Origin: Amphiscolops sp. MND2022
Taxonomy: Eukaryota
NCBI GenBank assembly: GCA_964187785.1
Contig: OZ076409.1
Location: 99,884,001 to 99,948,000 of the forward strand
Direction: 5' to 3'
DNA length: 64,000 nt
The number at the start of each line of letters is the position of its first letter. Position 1 is the stretch's first letter. This document shows, piece by piece, positions 49,934 through 63,100 of the stretch. The notes under the pieces are model-generated. The model saw only the letters and a list, made by a program, of their open reading frames with translations, ran no database searches and was not told where the DNA came from. Made by a program: the position numbers and the translations under genes.

Positions 49934-50915
49934 CCCGGGTTGACCCTCTTACTAGCATCTTGGCTGTCTTGGCAAGATCTTACTAAATTCTTACAACATC
50001 TTGGCGACCATGGAACCCATGGCAAAATTCTTAATAAGATCTTACTAAGATAATACATTATTCCAAGACCGTATCTTGTCACAATGAACAAAAGTCTAAG
50101 ATTGTAAAAAACACTATACCTTCGGTACAATTAGCCGAGACTCAATCTAAATGCTCATTTCACTCAACAACGACCATTTCTACTCGTTTTCATAATCAAA
50201 ATGCATAATCGAAAAATTACGATAACGTATTCTGGCTTCCGAAATTTTGACGATAATTCTAATAACTCCTCACCCGTTTAAGACTAAGAAATGCGAATGT
50301 ACCAAATGAACGCTCATTTCAATGACTTTTGAAAACCTAAAACTTATCACTCCTGTCAATTCCAGAGACAGAGAAAAATGGTCTCAAACGTCCAAAGCCA
50401 CTATCGGAAAGTTACACAAGGAACACTAGGAATTCCGGTTTTTTTGTGAATTCATATCTCCGTCTTTCTTTGAGCCTATTTCAGCAGCCGTATCACTGCT
50501 GGAAATAGTGGTCATTGCCCCGGTTTGGGCAATGATCCAGCTCGAAGCTTTTCTGACGCCGTTGTTGGCGACGGTTTTGCAAATGAAAGAACAATTTAAT
50601 CAGTGCATTCCTATATAAACAGCATAAGGACTATTCAATAGAATTTTATACCTTGCTCACAGGAAATATTGATGTCTAACAATATAAATCTGTAAAAATG
50701 TTGATTTTTGTTGACTTCCTTCTAGATTTTTTTCTGGCCAAATACGATTTTGTAATAAAATTTTTCTTGGGAACCTGGCTTTCTTGATAAGATCTTACCA
50801 TGACATCTTGCAATTCTTGGAAATATCTTGGCAAGATCTTAGCTAAGATTTTTCCAAGATCTTGGCAAGATTTTGCCAAGATCTTACTAAGATATCCATG
50901 GAGGGTCGACCCGGG
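49934..50915. mobile_element. Non-autonomous DNA transposon (MITE), CCC..GGG termini, CMC/EnSpm-like
   Basis: 15-bp TIRs CCCGGGTTGACCCTC / GAGGGTCGACCCGGG (14/15 match); TT on both flanks; subterminal AAGATCTT repeats at both ends. Confidence 0.75.
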
Positions 50916-52222
50916 TTAAGAATACGTTATCATTCATTATTTTCGCCCTTTTTAGCGACAATAATCATGATACTAAGAGCATGATTCATCTTTATACTCA
51001 AAAACGAAGATTCGATCTAGTGTTTAGCTGTTAGGGTGAGATTAAAGACCTTGAACTAGCTGTTTTTATTTGAACATTAACATTTTCACTTAGGTTGTGA
51101 CACTCGTTGTTTGATTTATTTGACCGCTCCGATAGAGCCCCCAAACAAATCTTGCAAGAAGATAATTTCTCATCTTTGTTCAGTAGGCTTAACCTTTTGT
51201 TCAGATTAGATTCGAAAAGACACTTACTTGCTGACAAACAAAAGTATGCAAAATTTGAAGATAATTTGGGCGTTATGAATTATGACTTAGGTTGTAGTCA
51301 ATAATTAAATACTGTCACAATTTGATACTTAACTTTCTAAATTGTACAAAGGTCAAATATATTTTTAGAACAGGCGAGAATGGGCACGCAAACATCTGTC
51401 ATTTTGCCACTTTTGTAAAAAAAATATTTATAGGCTGTACCGACTTTTCCCTCGAAATTTCCGAACGATGCAACGTTTGTAAGAATTTTGCAAAAATTTG
51501 TGCATCTTTCGTATAGTTTTTAGCTGGAATTTGCAAGAATCTTGTAAAAATCAGTGTGGGATAATGCGTTTTTAAACATGATCTTCGTTCTCTTCAAAAG
51601 ATTCTTTCCCATTTGTGAATGAAAAACTGATTCTGATGATTATGAATTTAATCGCAGTTTTATATAAGGAATACAGTCTTTTGTTGCGTGGAATCTAACT
51701 GAATCCTGTTTAAATGCTGAACAGTAGCAAAAAAGAACAAAATTGTCCAAAAATCTTTCTGAATCAATGTTTGGATATGGCAATACGTCTCCATTGATAC
51801 AAAAACGTTCAAGTTTTTTGCCAATTATGTCGGTTGTTTTTGGACAACCTTTTTTCCCGACCCAAAATTTGTTTCTTAGATGACCTTTTGGAGTTTTTCG
51901 GCACTGTGCGACATTCATTCAAATCATTTTCTCTACAAAGGGTCTTTTTGATTTTTTTTGATGTTTTCAGTGAAAAAAGCCCTTGGTAGTCAGGAATGTT
52001 TTTAAAAAGCCATTCTTCGCGCTTTCTGAGCCGAATTGGGCCGTTCCCGGTTAGTTTTTTCGACAATAGTATTTGGAAAATTCATTCTGTTGAAAAATCA
52101 AAAGATCTCCGATTTAGAACTATGCGGTGTTTTCGAAATAAAGAAAAATATAATTTGCAAAAATGTTTTTTGTTATTCAATAATACTTTTTTTCAAGAAA
52201 AAATCAATCTTGGATAACTCAC

Positions 52223-52358
52223 CGTCGACGGAAGATGGAGATTTATTTTGGGAGCCTTGAGAAGATTTGAGAAGAGGCGTGGCTAAAACTGTCCATATAA
52301 GGAGCAGGAAAGTTTGCATCAAGAACAGGATGAGGAAAATATGATTGGTTATCTTCAT
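52223..52358 (-). CDS. Candidate first exon of a host secreted-protein gene
   Basis: ATG at 52358; MKITNHIFLILFLMQTFLLLIWTVLA-TP signal-peptide-like; GTGAGT donor at 52222 (phase 1). Confidence 0.5.
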
Positions 52359-52377
52359 TCTGGTCAAACCAAATGAA

Positions 52378-52399
52378 TGACGTCACGTTTATTACGTCA
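52378..52399. promoter_or_regulatory. CRE-type bZIP sites
   Basis: TGACGTCA at 52378-52385 and TTACGTCA at 52392-52399, just upstream of the candidate first exon. Confidence 0.4.
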
Positions 52400-53552
52400 C
52401 AGGACAAGAGCAGACAACGTTGTAAATGAAAGATGGCGAGAACTTCAGAAATGCCGGGGCAAGATCCATCATTTCATCATAACACGTCCACTTTGATTAC
52501 TCTCGTTTTCATTTCCAAGAAGCTGAAAAATAATCAGGTATTAAAATATTTGATACGCAAATTCTGAAAAAGTCATTAAAACTCAACGCTCTGGTAATTT
52601 AGTGAATAGTTTTGGACCAGGAAAAACCGGGATTGCAATCAGGATGAAAGTTGAATAGATTAAAGGAATTTCATCCGGCTGGAATTTTTCCCCCCGTGAT
52701 TGCGATGATCCATTTTTTTCAGGGAGAACTTTGTCTGCTATTGAGAGGTACTTTGGTAAAAGGGGGGGGGGTTTACTAATGAGGTCTTCATTGGATTTCG
52801 AGATAGATCTAAGCTCAAAATTGAGCTAACTTTTCAAAACTAAGATTGATAGTAATGGGTGAGTTTGAAGTACAAGGTTAAGTAGAAGTCTCGGAAAACA
52901 AGGAATGAACAAAAAAATTTTCACTCGATTTAGCCAAAAATTGCTACTACTTGAAAAGGGGAAGTCATTTTATTTGAGCGAAGTTTTTATGCTGGAAAAA
53001 TTCCAATTTTTCCAATTTTTTCTGTACTTGAAAAGTACAATCGTCCAGATTTTTTGGCTCCGAAGCTTAATATCTCACTCAGCATTTCACTTGTGTATGA
53101 CAGTTTTTTATTTACCAGTTTTATTTACTATTTTTTCTATTGTGTTACTAGTTTATTTTACTTTTCAATTTATTTTAATGATCTTGACAAGCGTTCCATG
53201 TATCACGATTTGCCATGATCTTGACAAAGGAACCATGGTTAATCATGATTTAGCAAGATTAACCATAATCATGGCAAGCGTTCCATGGCTTCGAACACTG
53301 GGAATCGTATGGTAGACCCATCGCTACAAAATCAGTCTGATTAATTACACTTGGCCTTATTCTAAACCAGATTTATGGAAGTTTTTTTGATCTCTGAAAT
53401 TACATGCGCAATAAGAGGCGGTCAATATAATCAAAGCTGGGCTAGAATTTTTCAGGAAAACAGCTACAGAAAAGGTTTAGTGCCATTAGCGGAAAAATAG
53501 ATTTCTTTAACTTGCTACCAGTTGAAAAATTTTTTAGCAAGTCGTTGGCTAT

Positions 53553-54498
53553 TGTAACGGCTGCTTGCCCTTATCCTGCGCTGAGGCTTGACAAGCTTTA
53601 CGCCGCCCTGATCCGTTGCTTAGTGCTGTGGACCGTCACTAAACAATTCTTGGTTTTCTTGTTTAAAGGACTGTATCTTTTGGCTGGTGGGTCCGATGTG
53701 ACCCGTGGAATCTCCTGTGATTCCTCTTTGCACTGAATTGGATCCGATGTGATCCTGCACACACTTCCCTCACAGTATCTTCACGCGCTCCGGCTCTCCA
53801 ACTATGAGAGTAGCTACTTAGTCGCTCTGACTCTAGCGAAAAGTTGTGAAGATTGAGAAGTTGATTAATTAGTCTCTTGGTCCTAAGACCCAACTTGACT
53901 ATAGCTATTCAGTGGAGAAAATCTCTATCTAATAATGGTATACATATGGTTTACAATTCTACAGCAAATATAAGCAAATATCAGTTGAAATATGTTGTAT
54001 AAATAAATGACATTTAAAGCATAAAATGAAGTTATTGACTAAGTAAACAAAGAATGTGGTGGTTTTGGCATGTTGGTTAGGTGGGTTAGGAAGTATGTTT
54101 ACACAATGTAAATATCATTAATTTCAACAGAGATGAATTTCCTTCAAGGTCATATGAGAAAATCACATAATAATTAATACATCAAAATTGGGTAATTCAT
54201 GGGGTCCGACCTAGGTCACTTTGGGTGTTAATTGCTCGGAACCCAGAGACTCGGGTTCGGTGTTTCGAGTGAAAAGTTAGCGTAGCACCACTACTATACG
54301 TGTGCCAAGTTTCAAGGTGATTGAATGAGTGGTTTACCGGGCCGGGGGGGTGGCCCTTTTTTACATAGGGTCATTTTTGCTAAGACTTGTATTTTTCCAA
54401 CTTAAATCTTGATAAAGTTTCTAAGTGTTTTGAGTTATAAGTTTCATCAGTCACGTTCGAGTTTGAGTTTCTGATCTTGCAATTGACTGGCGCCAACA
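53553..54498 (-). repeat. BEL/Pao LTR (3'-most)
   Basis: Left end fixed by identity with 59229; right end inferred from AAAAACAGGGCCGGCAA|TGTT (NRAGNV) junction typical of BEL elements. Confidence 0.75.
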
Positions 54499-57400
54499 TT
54501 GCCGGCCCTGTTTTTCTCCCGAAAAACACTTTCGTAGAACATGGGTGCCAGTTTCACTACTGGTCTTTTGAATTTTCCATCTTCAGTTTTCACCAGCGCT
54601 GATCTCACTCGCCCATCGCTTCCATGATAGACTTCCAACACTCTACCCATCTTGTAGTGTGCTCTTTTCTCATTCTCATCCACTATCCAAACCAAATCAG
54701 TGACTTCAAGTTGTCTAAAATCTTCTTTAATCCATTTTCCAAAAGATTCTTGTCGCATCATCACTTCTTCCCATGATACAGCCGGCCCTATGAAAGGCCC
54801 ATTTTCCGAACTTGTTGTAGTTTGTGCTTTTGAAGAACCCAATTGCGTTTCCATCAGGGATATTTCGCTTGCAAATTCATCTGCCTTCATATTTGCATGT
54901 AGGATGCCATTTGTATTCAACTGAGCGCTTTCGTTCGTTCCATGTAATCGAATTAAGATAGGTTCAAACTTCCAAGCTCGTTTCTCGAATAGCTTGCTGT
55001 GATCACTGCTCAGTTCACTGTACACATTAGGGTTAGCTTGTGCCACTGCATCCATTCCCGAGTTTCCATTACCTAACCAGTTGTTACAATTTTCACTGTC
55101 GTTTGGAATAATTTTGACCAGCAGTTTTTCTTTCAGCTCAACATCATGTTTTCTCCAAAATGACATCTTTACGGTTTTTGCTCTATCACTTGCGTTGTCT
55201 TCAGCCGGTTTGGCTTGTTCCAACAAACCACCAAAGAGTCTTCGATATATCGTTTTGCCTCGTGGAACTTCCTGAAGTTCAAGTTGACACTCTTTTACGA
55301 CTTAAACCACTTTGTTCAATTGAGAACACTTTTATCCCTCTTCAAGTGTTAAAGTCTTGGCAGCGAACTTCACGGCTTGCATTTGAGTTTGTTGCTTTTC
55401 TTCGACATGCTGTCGTACAGAGGCGACAGCTGTATTCTGTTTCACCAATTCAAGCATCACAGTAAATTCTTCCAAGGTTCGGAGGTTTGATTTAATTGCA
55501 AAACTTTCATGTTCGTTCTTTTCTTCTACAGTTGAGAAACCCATGTTTTTGTCTTGTTCGACTGTCATATGGTCACTCACAGCTAGGTGCATTTCGTCTT
55601 TCCAAATTTGCTTGATTTCCAAGAGGAGGGGTTTAGTACTGACTTCTTGCCAGTTTCTTTCTACAACGAAAATGTCTGGTGAGTTCTCCGTATTTTCCTT
55701 GGACATTTCGGATACGCTGCAGTGGGAAGTATACAATTCCATCCTCGACCGAGTTTTCATCTGATCCACCAATGGATCCACATCTGCAAAAACCAAACTT
55801 TCAGTGGCGAACTTCGCAGTTTCTTGTTGAGGCAAGGGTCCACTAAGCATCCACCCCAATTTTGTCAGTACGGCCCAAGGTTTTGACTTTCCACATTTTC
55901 TATACCCAATGGCTCTATGCAAGTGGTAACAATCTTGTCCCAAGATGACTTTTACATCTTTCAGGTTGATGGTAGAATCTTTCAGCACTGACAGGTGTGG
56001 ATATTCTTCCTTCAATTTCTTGAGGTTGTACGTTCGATTTCCTGCATTTACGTCGGGATGACTATAGGCCATGATATCTTCTTTGACTTTTCCTTGTTGA
56101 TCTCCAATCCTGACCCGCATTCGTTTGCTACTAATATCTGACGCACCATGAATCCCTGCAACATTCAAATCCATTGGCTGTCCCGTCAGATTTAGCGTTT
56201 TCATCAGGCTCTCGTCCACAAAGGACAGGCTTGCTCCAGAGTCGCACAAAGCGACCGTTTTCACAGTTTTGTTCCCACTCCCTATCGATACTGGAATGAC
56301 TGGAAGCACTCCACTGCTTCTCATTGAGGACAGGTTGGAGACCTCATCGACATTTTCAACATTTTGCTTCTGGTCCTCGTTCTTGTAAGGTCGGTGTAGC
56401 AATCGGTGATGAGGTTTTCCGCAACCATTGACGTCGCAGAGTCTACCAGAGCAATTTCTCATCTGATGTGCGTCTGACAAGCATTTGAAGCACAGCTTCA
56501 GTTCTTTCGCCTTTTGTCCTCTTTCTTCGACGTCCATCTTCTTGAATTTCTCACATTTCCATATCGGATGTTTGCCATCTTTCAACGCACACTCTCGCTG
56601 GTATTTTGAGTTGTCACTGGCTGTGTCTGGTGCTGATGTTGCAAACGTAGAAATTTCGGCTTTTTCCTTGTAGCTCGTCTTTGCGCGATCAGCATTTAGA
56701 TTCGAATACAATAGCAATTCATCTTGAACATCTGCTATATCATTGAGCCACTCACTGAACACAGCGAGTCCCGGTTGATACAGGTTCATTTGCTTCACAT
56801 AAGTGAGCCACTTCGTTTTCATGTCTAGCGTTAACTTCCTTGTGGCGCTGCCCAGAACTCCTTCTCAGTTTAGGTCTCCCACGTAGTTGAATTGTGTCAA
56901 AACATTCACGCAACTCGACACTATTCTCGCAAACTTGATCAATGCTGCTCCGTCATACGGTTTCATCGGTGGAAAGGAGTATATTCGCTTCAGCTGAGCA
57001 TTCACAACCATCTGCGGTTTTCCAAAGTTTCGAACTAGAACGTTCCACGCCACATTGTACATCTCAGCGGTGTACCCAAGGCCAGCAATCGCCTCTTTGG
57101 CTTTGCCCGTGACCATGGTTTTCAGGTGGTTCATTTTTACACTGTCGTCTATGTTCGCTGCATGGACGGTTGCTTGGAATAGTTGTGACCACTCTGGCCA
57201 CTCCAATGGGTCACCTGAGAATTCTGCCAACTTCAATTTTGGCAAGCTAGATCTGATGTAGTAGTCATCTTTTGCATTTGAGGCAAAGTTTGGTCCTTGA
57301 CTGGGCAAATACTGTTTTTGTGTGTTCGCAAGCTGTGGTACTTGAAATGCACCACTCTGGATGCCTCCAAACGTAGGCGGTAACCAATTCGGGTCTGCAC

Positions 57401-58823
57401 TGAGAGTCATCGACGGCTTCGATGGGGCGAATTTCACTTCTGGTTGTGCTGTTGCTCTTTGACTGACAGCATCTATGACAGTCTTTGTTCTGTGCTTTCC
57501 AATACCTCGACTAGCGGCTTCGGTGGATATAGTCGGTTTCACTGGAGGACTCAAGTCCCTCACTAGCGCGGAGCATTGTCCTCCTTGCATCGATTGTACT
57601 GTAATCACTGGTGCTGAGATGGACGTTTGCTGGTATACAGATGGCACGTTAGTCGTCGATGCCACGTTTTCAGCTTCTTCTGTCTTGTCCATCCATCCTG
57701 AGACTTTCGTCAGATTGTCATCTGGAGTCCCGACTGGTGAGATACTTCGGAAGCTAGACCCATCACTACTCGACACTTGCGCCATTTGTAGTTCCTTTTC
57801 AGCAATTTTGGCTTTGCGGGCCATCTCCTCTTGCACGCTAACCATCTCATCTTGCAAGCTAGCTATCTTAACTTCGTTTGCTTCACGTCTCAGTTTCTCT
57901 AGGCGGGTTTGAAGTTCTTCTTGTTCTTTCAAAGATTTCAGCTCCAAATCGAGAAATCGTCGTGCACTAGATGTTTTTGAAATCACAGACGTTTTGTTGC
58001 TTTTGGTTCTTTTACTTCGCGAATGTATGCTCAATTCGTCTATTGGCAATGATCTAGCACATTTGTTTCGCTCTTGGCTGTCATCCGCGTTATGACCATT
58101 GTCTTCTTTCTGCTCCTCGTCTGGTTCGGGCTCCTTTTGTGGTGTAGTGCCATTTCTACTTGATTTGTCTGCGGCTACGCTTGCGCGAACGTCTGCCAGT
58201 CTTTGTTCAGCGTCTTCAAGACTTCGCAAAATGGCTCCTCCTTCTCCTGTCTTCAGCAGATCTTCAATTTTCGTTTTAATGTCAGACCGTTTCTGCAGCA
58301 ATTCTTGACATGCTGCAGCATAATCTTCTTCGTCGACAATTTTGCCATTTGCGATTGAATCTTCCCGCAGCTTTTTGTTGCTATCCATTAGTCTATCAAT
58401 AGCACGTTTCTTTTCGTCAAGATCCAACTAATTTAGTATCTGATTTTCGTCTTGCAATGCTGACATCAGCATTTGTACCCTTCCAACGCTAGAGCTTTGC
58501 TGCTGCAACTCAGCCAATCGGCTCTGCATTTCTTTGTTCATTGTTGAGAAGATTTCGGGTATCTGCGGTTGATACTTGACTTTGATCGCATTTTCGACTG
58601 CCTTAACGAGCCGATCCCTCCTGTTCATGGAATCTGTTCGTCTTAGCAGTAAATCTGCTATCTGCTTGTCGTCATCATTCCTAGCTAGGTTCTCATCAAT
58701 TTCTTTAACAGTCTTACCGTGTTCGACAGCTGCATTCCAATAACTCAACGTTTGGGCTTTGTCAGCAGAGTTCTTCAGAAAGTTTTCGATTTTGTTGATA
58801 TCGAACCGTTTTGGTTCTGCCAT
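54447..58823 (-). pseudogene. Gag-protease-integrase-tail polyprotein, disrupted copy
   Basis: ATG 58823; in-frame stop 58428-58430; frameshift near 56865; stops near 55330 and 55300; otherwise near-identical to 60127-63984. Confidence 0.88.
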
Positions 58824-58858
58824 CTCTTCTCCTCTTGATTGAACTCAGTTCCCAAAGT

Positions 58859-59090
58859 CACAATAGCCCAAACTCCCAGAGACACAAAAGCCCAATCTCC
58901 CAGAGACACAATAGCCCAATCTCCCAGAGACACAATAGCCCAATCTCCCAGAGACACAGTTGCCCAATCTCCCAGAGACACAGTAGCCCAATCTCCCAGA
59001 GACACAATAGCCCAATCTCCCAGAGACACAATAGCCCAATCTCCCAGAGACACAGTAGCCCAATCTCCCAGAGACACAGTAGTCAGAGAC
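58859..59090. repeat. 24-bp tandem repeat (~9 copies) in BEL 5' leader
   Basis: CACAATAGCCCAATCTCCCAGAGA repeats. Confidence 0.95.
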
Positions 59091-59228
59091 TCCAAGAATC
59101 AGACACTTGTTCTTTCTGGGCAATTTTCTCTGTTGTACACCAACGAGTCGTCTTCTTCTAGTCCGGGTCGTCCACCAACGAGTTGTCCGGGTCGTCCACC
59201 AACGAGCTGTCCGGGTCGGCGGACCAAA

Positions 59229-60178
59229 TGTTACGGCTGCTTGCCCTTATCCTGCGCTGAGGCTTGACAAGCTTTACGCCGCCCTGATCCGTTGCTTAGT
59301 GCTGTGGACCGTCACTAAACAATTCCTGGTTTTCTTGTTTAAAGGACTGTATCTTTTGGCTGGTGGGTCCGATGTGACCCGTGGAATCTCCTGTGATTCC
59401 TCTTTGCACTGAATTGGATCCGATGTGATCCTGCACACACTTCCCTCACAGTATCTTCACGCGCTCCGGCTCTCCAACTATGAGAGTAGCTACTTAGTCG
59501 CTCTGACTCTAGCGAAAAGTTGTGAAGATTGAGAAGTTGATTAATTAGTCTCTTGGTCCTAAGACCCAACTTGACTATAGCTATTCAGTGGAGAAAATCT
59601 CTATCTAATAATGGTATACATATGGTTTACAATTCTACAGCAAATATAAGCAAATATCAGTTGAAATATGTTGTATAAATAAATGACATTTAAAGCATAA
59701 AATGAAGTTATTGACTAAGTAAACAAAGAATGTGGTGGTTTTGGCATGTTGGTTAGGTGGGTTAGGAAGTATGTTTACACAATGTAAATATCATTAATTT
59801 CAACAGAGATGAATTTCCTTCAAGGTCATATGAGAAAATCACATAATAATTAATACATCAAAATTGGGTAATTCATGGGGTCCGACCTAGGTCACTTTGG
59901 GTGTTAATTGCTCGGAACCCAGAGAAGATACGGGGTTCGGTGTTTCGAGTGAAAAGTTAGCGTAGCACCACTACTATACGTGTGCCAAGTTTCAAGGTGA
60001 TTGAATGAGTGGTTTACCGGGACGGGGGGGTGGCCCTTTTTTACATAGGGTCATTTTTGCTAAGACTTGTATTTTTCCAACCTAAATCTTGATAAAGTTT
60101 CTAAGTGTTTTGAGTTATAAGTTTCATCAGTCACGTTCGAGTTTGAGTTTCTGATCTCGCAATTGACTGACGCCAACA
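59229..60178 (-). repeat. BEL/Pao LTR shared between two tandem copies
   Basis: TGTT...AACA termini; PBS on one side, NRAGNV/PPT junction on the other. Confidence 0.75.
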
Positions 60179-63100
60179 TTGCCGGCCCTGTTTTTCTCCC
60201 GAAAAACACTTTCGTAGAACATGGGTGCCAGTTTCACTACTGGTCTTTTGAATTTTCCATCTTCAGTTTTCACCAGCGCTGATCTCACTCGCCCATCGCT
60301 TCCATGATAGACTTCCAACACTCTACCCATCTTGTAGTATGCTCTTTTCTCATTCTCATCCACTATCCAAACCAAATCAGTGACTTCAAGTTGTCTAAAA
60401 TCTTCTTTAATCCATTTTCCAAAAGATTCTTGTCGCATCATCACTTCTTCCCATGATACAGCCGGCCCTATGAAAGGCCCATTTTCCGAACTTGTTGTAG
60501 TTTGTGGTTTTGAAGAACCCAATTGCGTTTCCGTTAGGGATATTTCGCTTGCAAATTCATCTGCCTTCATATTTGCATGTAGGATGCCATTTGTATTCAA
60601 CTGAGCGCTTTCGTTCGTTCCATGTAATCGAATTAAGATAGGTTCAAACTTCCAAGCTCGTTTCTCGAATAGCTTGCTGTGATCACTGCTCAGTTCAGTG
60701 TACACATTAGGGTTAGCTTGTGCCACTGCATCCATTCCCGAGTTTCCATTACCTAACCAGTTGTTACAATTTTCACTGTCGTTTGGAATAATTTTGACCA
60801 GCAGTTTTTCTTTCAGCTCAACATCATGTTTTCTCCAAAATGACATCTTTACGGTTTTTGCTCTATCACTTGCGTTGTCTTCAGCCGGTTTGGCTTGTTC
60901 CAACAAACCACCAAAGAGTCTTCGATATATCGCTTTGCCTCGTGGAACTTCCTGAAGTTCAAGTTGACACTCTTTTACGACTTCAACCACTTTGTTCAAT
61001 TGAGAACACTTTTTTCCCTCTTCAAGTGTTAAAGTCTTGGCAGCGAACTTCACGGCTTGCATTTGAGCTTGTTGCTTTTCTTCGACATGCTGTCGTACAG
61101 AGGCGACAGCTGTATTCTGTTTCACCAATTCAAGCATCACAGTAAATTCTTCCAAGGTTCGGAGGTTTGATTTAATTGCAAAACTTTCATGTTCGTTCTT
61201 TTCTTCTACAGTTGAGAAACCCATGTTTTTGTCTTGTTCGACTGTCATATGGTCACTCACAGCTAGGTGCATTTCGTCTTTCCAAATTTGCTTGATTTCC
61301 AAGAGGAGGGGTTTAGTACTGACTTCTTGCCAGTTTCTTTCTACAACGAAAATGTCTGGTGAGTTCTCCGTATTTTCCTTGGACATTTCGGATACGCTGC
61401 AGTGGGAAGTATACAATTCCATCCTCGACCGAGTTTTCATCTGATCCACCAATGGATCCACATCTGCAAAAACCAAACTTTCAGTGGCGAACTTCGCAGT
61501 TTCTTGTTGAGGCAAGGGTCCACTAAGCATCCACCCCAATTTTGTCAGTACGGCCCAAGGTTTTGACTTTCCACATTTTCTATACCCAATGGCTCTATGC
61601 AAGTGGTAACAATCTTGTCCCAAGATGACTTTTACATCTTTCAGGTTGATGGTAGAATCTTTCAGCACTGACAGGTGTGGATATTCTTCCTTCAATTTCT
61701 TGAGGTTGTACGTTCGATTTCCTGCATTTACGTCGGGATGACTATAGGCCATGATATCTTCTTTGACTTTTCCTTGTTGATCTCCAATCCTGACCCGCAT
61801 TCGTTTGCTACTAATATCTGACGCACCATGAATCCCTGCAACATTCAAATCCACTGGCTGTCCCGTCAGATTTAGCGTTTTCATCAGGCTCTCGTCCACA
61901 AAGGACAGGCTTGCTCCAGAGTCGCACAAAGCGAACGTTTTCACAGTTTTGTTCCCACTCCCTATCGATACTGGAATGACTGGAAGCACTCCACTGCTTC
62001 TCATTGAGGACAGGTTGGAGACCTCATCGACATTTTCAACATTTTGCTTCTGGTCCTCGTTCTTGTAAGGTCGGTGTAGCAATCGGTGATGAGGTTTTCC
62101 GCAACCATTGACGTCGCAGAGTCTACCAGAGCAATTTCTCATCTGATGTGCGTCTGACAAGCATTTGAAGCACAGCTTCAGTTCTTTTTTCGCCTTTTGT
62201 CCTCTTTCTTCGACGTCCATCTTCTTGAATTTCTCACATTTCCATATCGGATGTTTGCCATCTTTCAACGCACACTCTCGCTGGTATTTTGAGTTGTCAC
62301 TGGCTGTGTCTGGTGCTGATGTTGCAAACGTAGAACCTTCGGCTTTTTCCTTGTAGCTCGTCTTTGCGCGATCAGCATTTAGATTCGAATACAATAGCAA
62401 TTCATCTTGAACATCTGCTATATCATTGAGCCACTCACTGAACACAGCGAGTCCCGGTTGATACAGGTTCATTTGCTTCACATAAGTGAGCCACTTCGTT
62501 TTCATGTCTAGCGTTAACTTCCTTGTGGCGCTGCCCAGAACTCCTTCTGAGTTTAGGTCTCCCACGTAGTTGAATTGTGTCAAAACATTCACGCAACTCG
62601 ACACTATTCTCGCAAACTTGATCAATGCTGCTCCGTCATACGGTTTCATCGGTGGAAAGGAGTATATTCGCTTCAGCTGAGCATTCACAACCATCTGCGG
62701 TTTTCCAAAGTTTCGAACTAGAACGTTCCACGCCACATTGTACATCTCAGCGGTGTACCCAAGGCCAGCAATCGCCTCTTTGGCTTTGCCCGTGACCATG
62801 GTTTTCAGGTGGTTCATTTTTACACTGTCGTCTATGTTCGCTGCATGGACGGTTGCTTGGAATAGTTGTGACCACTCTGGCCACTCCAATGGGTCACCTG
62901 AGAATTCTGCCAACTTCAATTTTGGCAAGCTAGATCTGATGTAGTAGTCATCTTTTGCATTTGAGGCAAAGTTTGGTCCTTGACTGGGCAAATACTGTTT
63001 TTGTGTGTTCGCAAGCTGTGGTACTTGAAATGCACCACTCTGGATGCCTCCAAACGTAGGCGGTAACCAATTCGGGTCTGCACTGAGAGTCATCGACGGC

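Noticed and set aside
58859..59226. CRISPR-like array
   Set aside because: Repeats are contiguous with no unique spacers; no cas genes; eukaryotic retroelement context.
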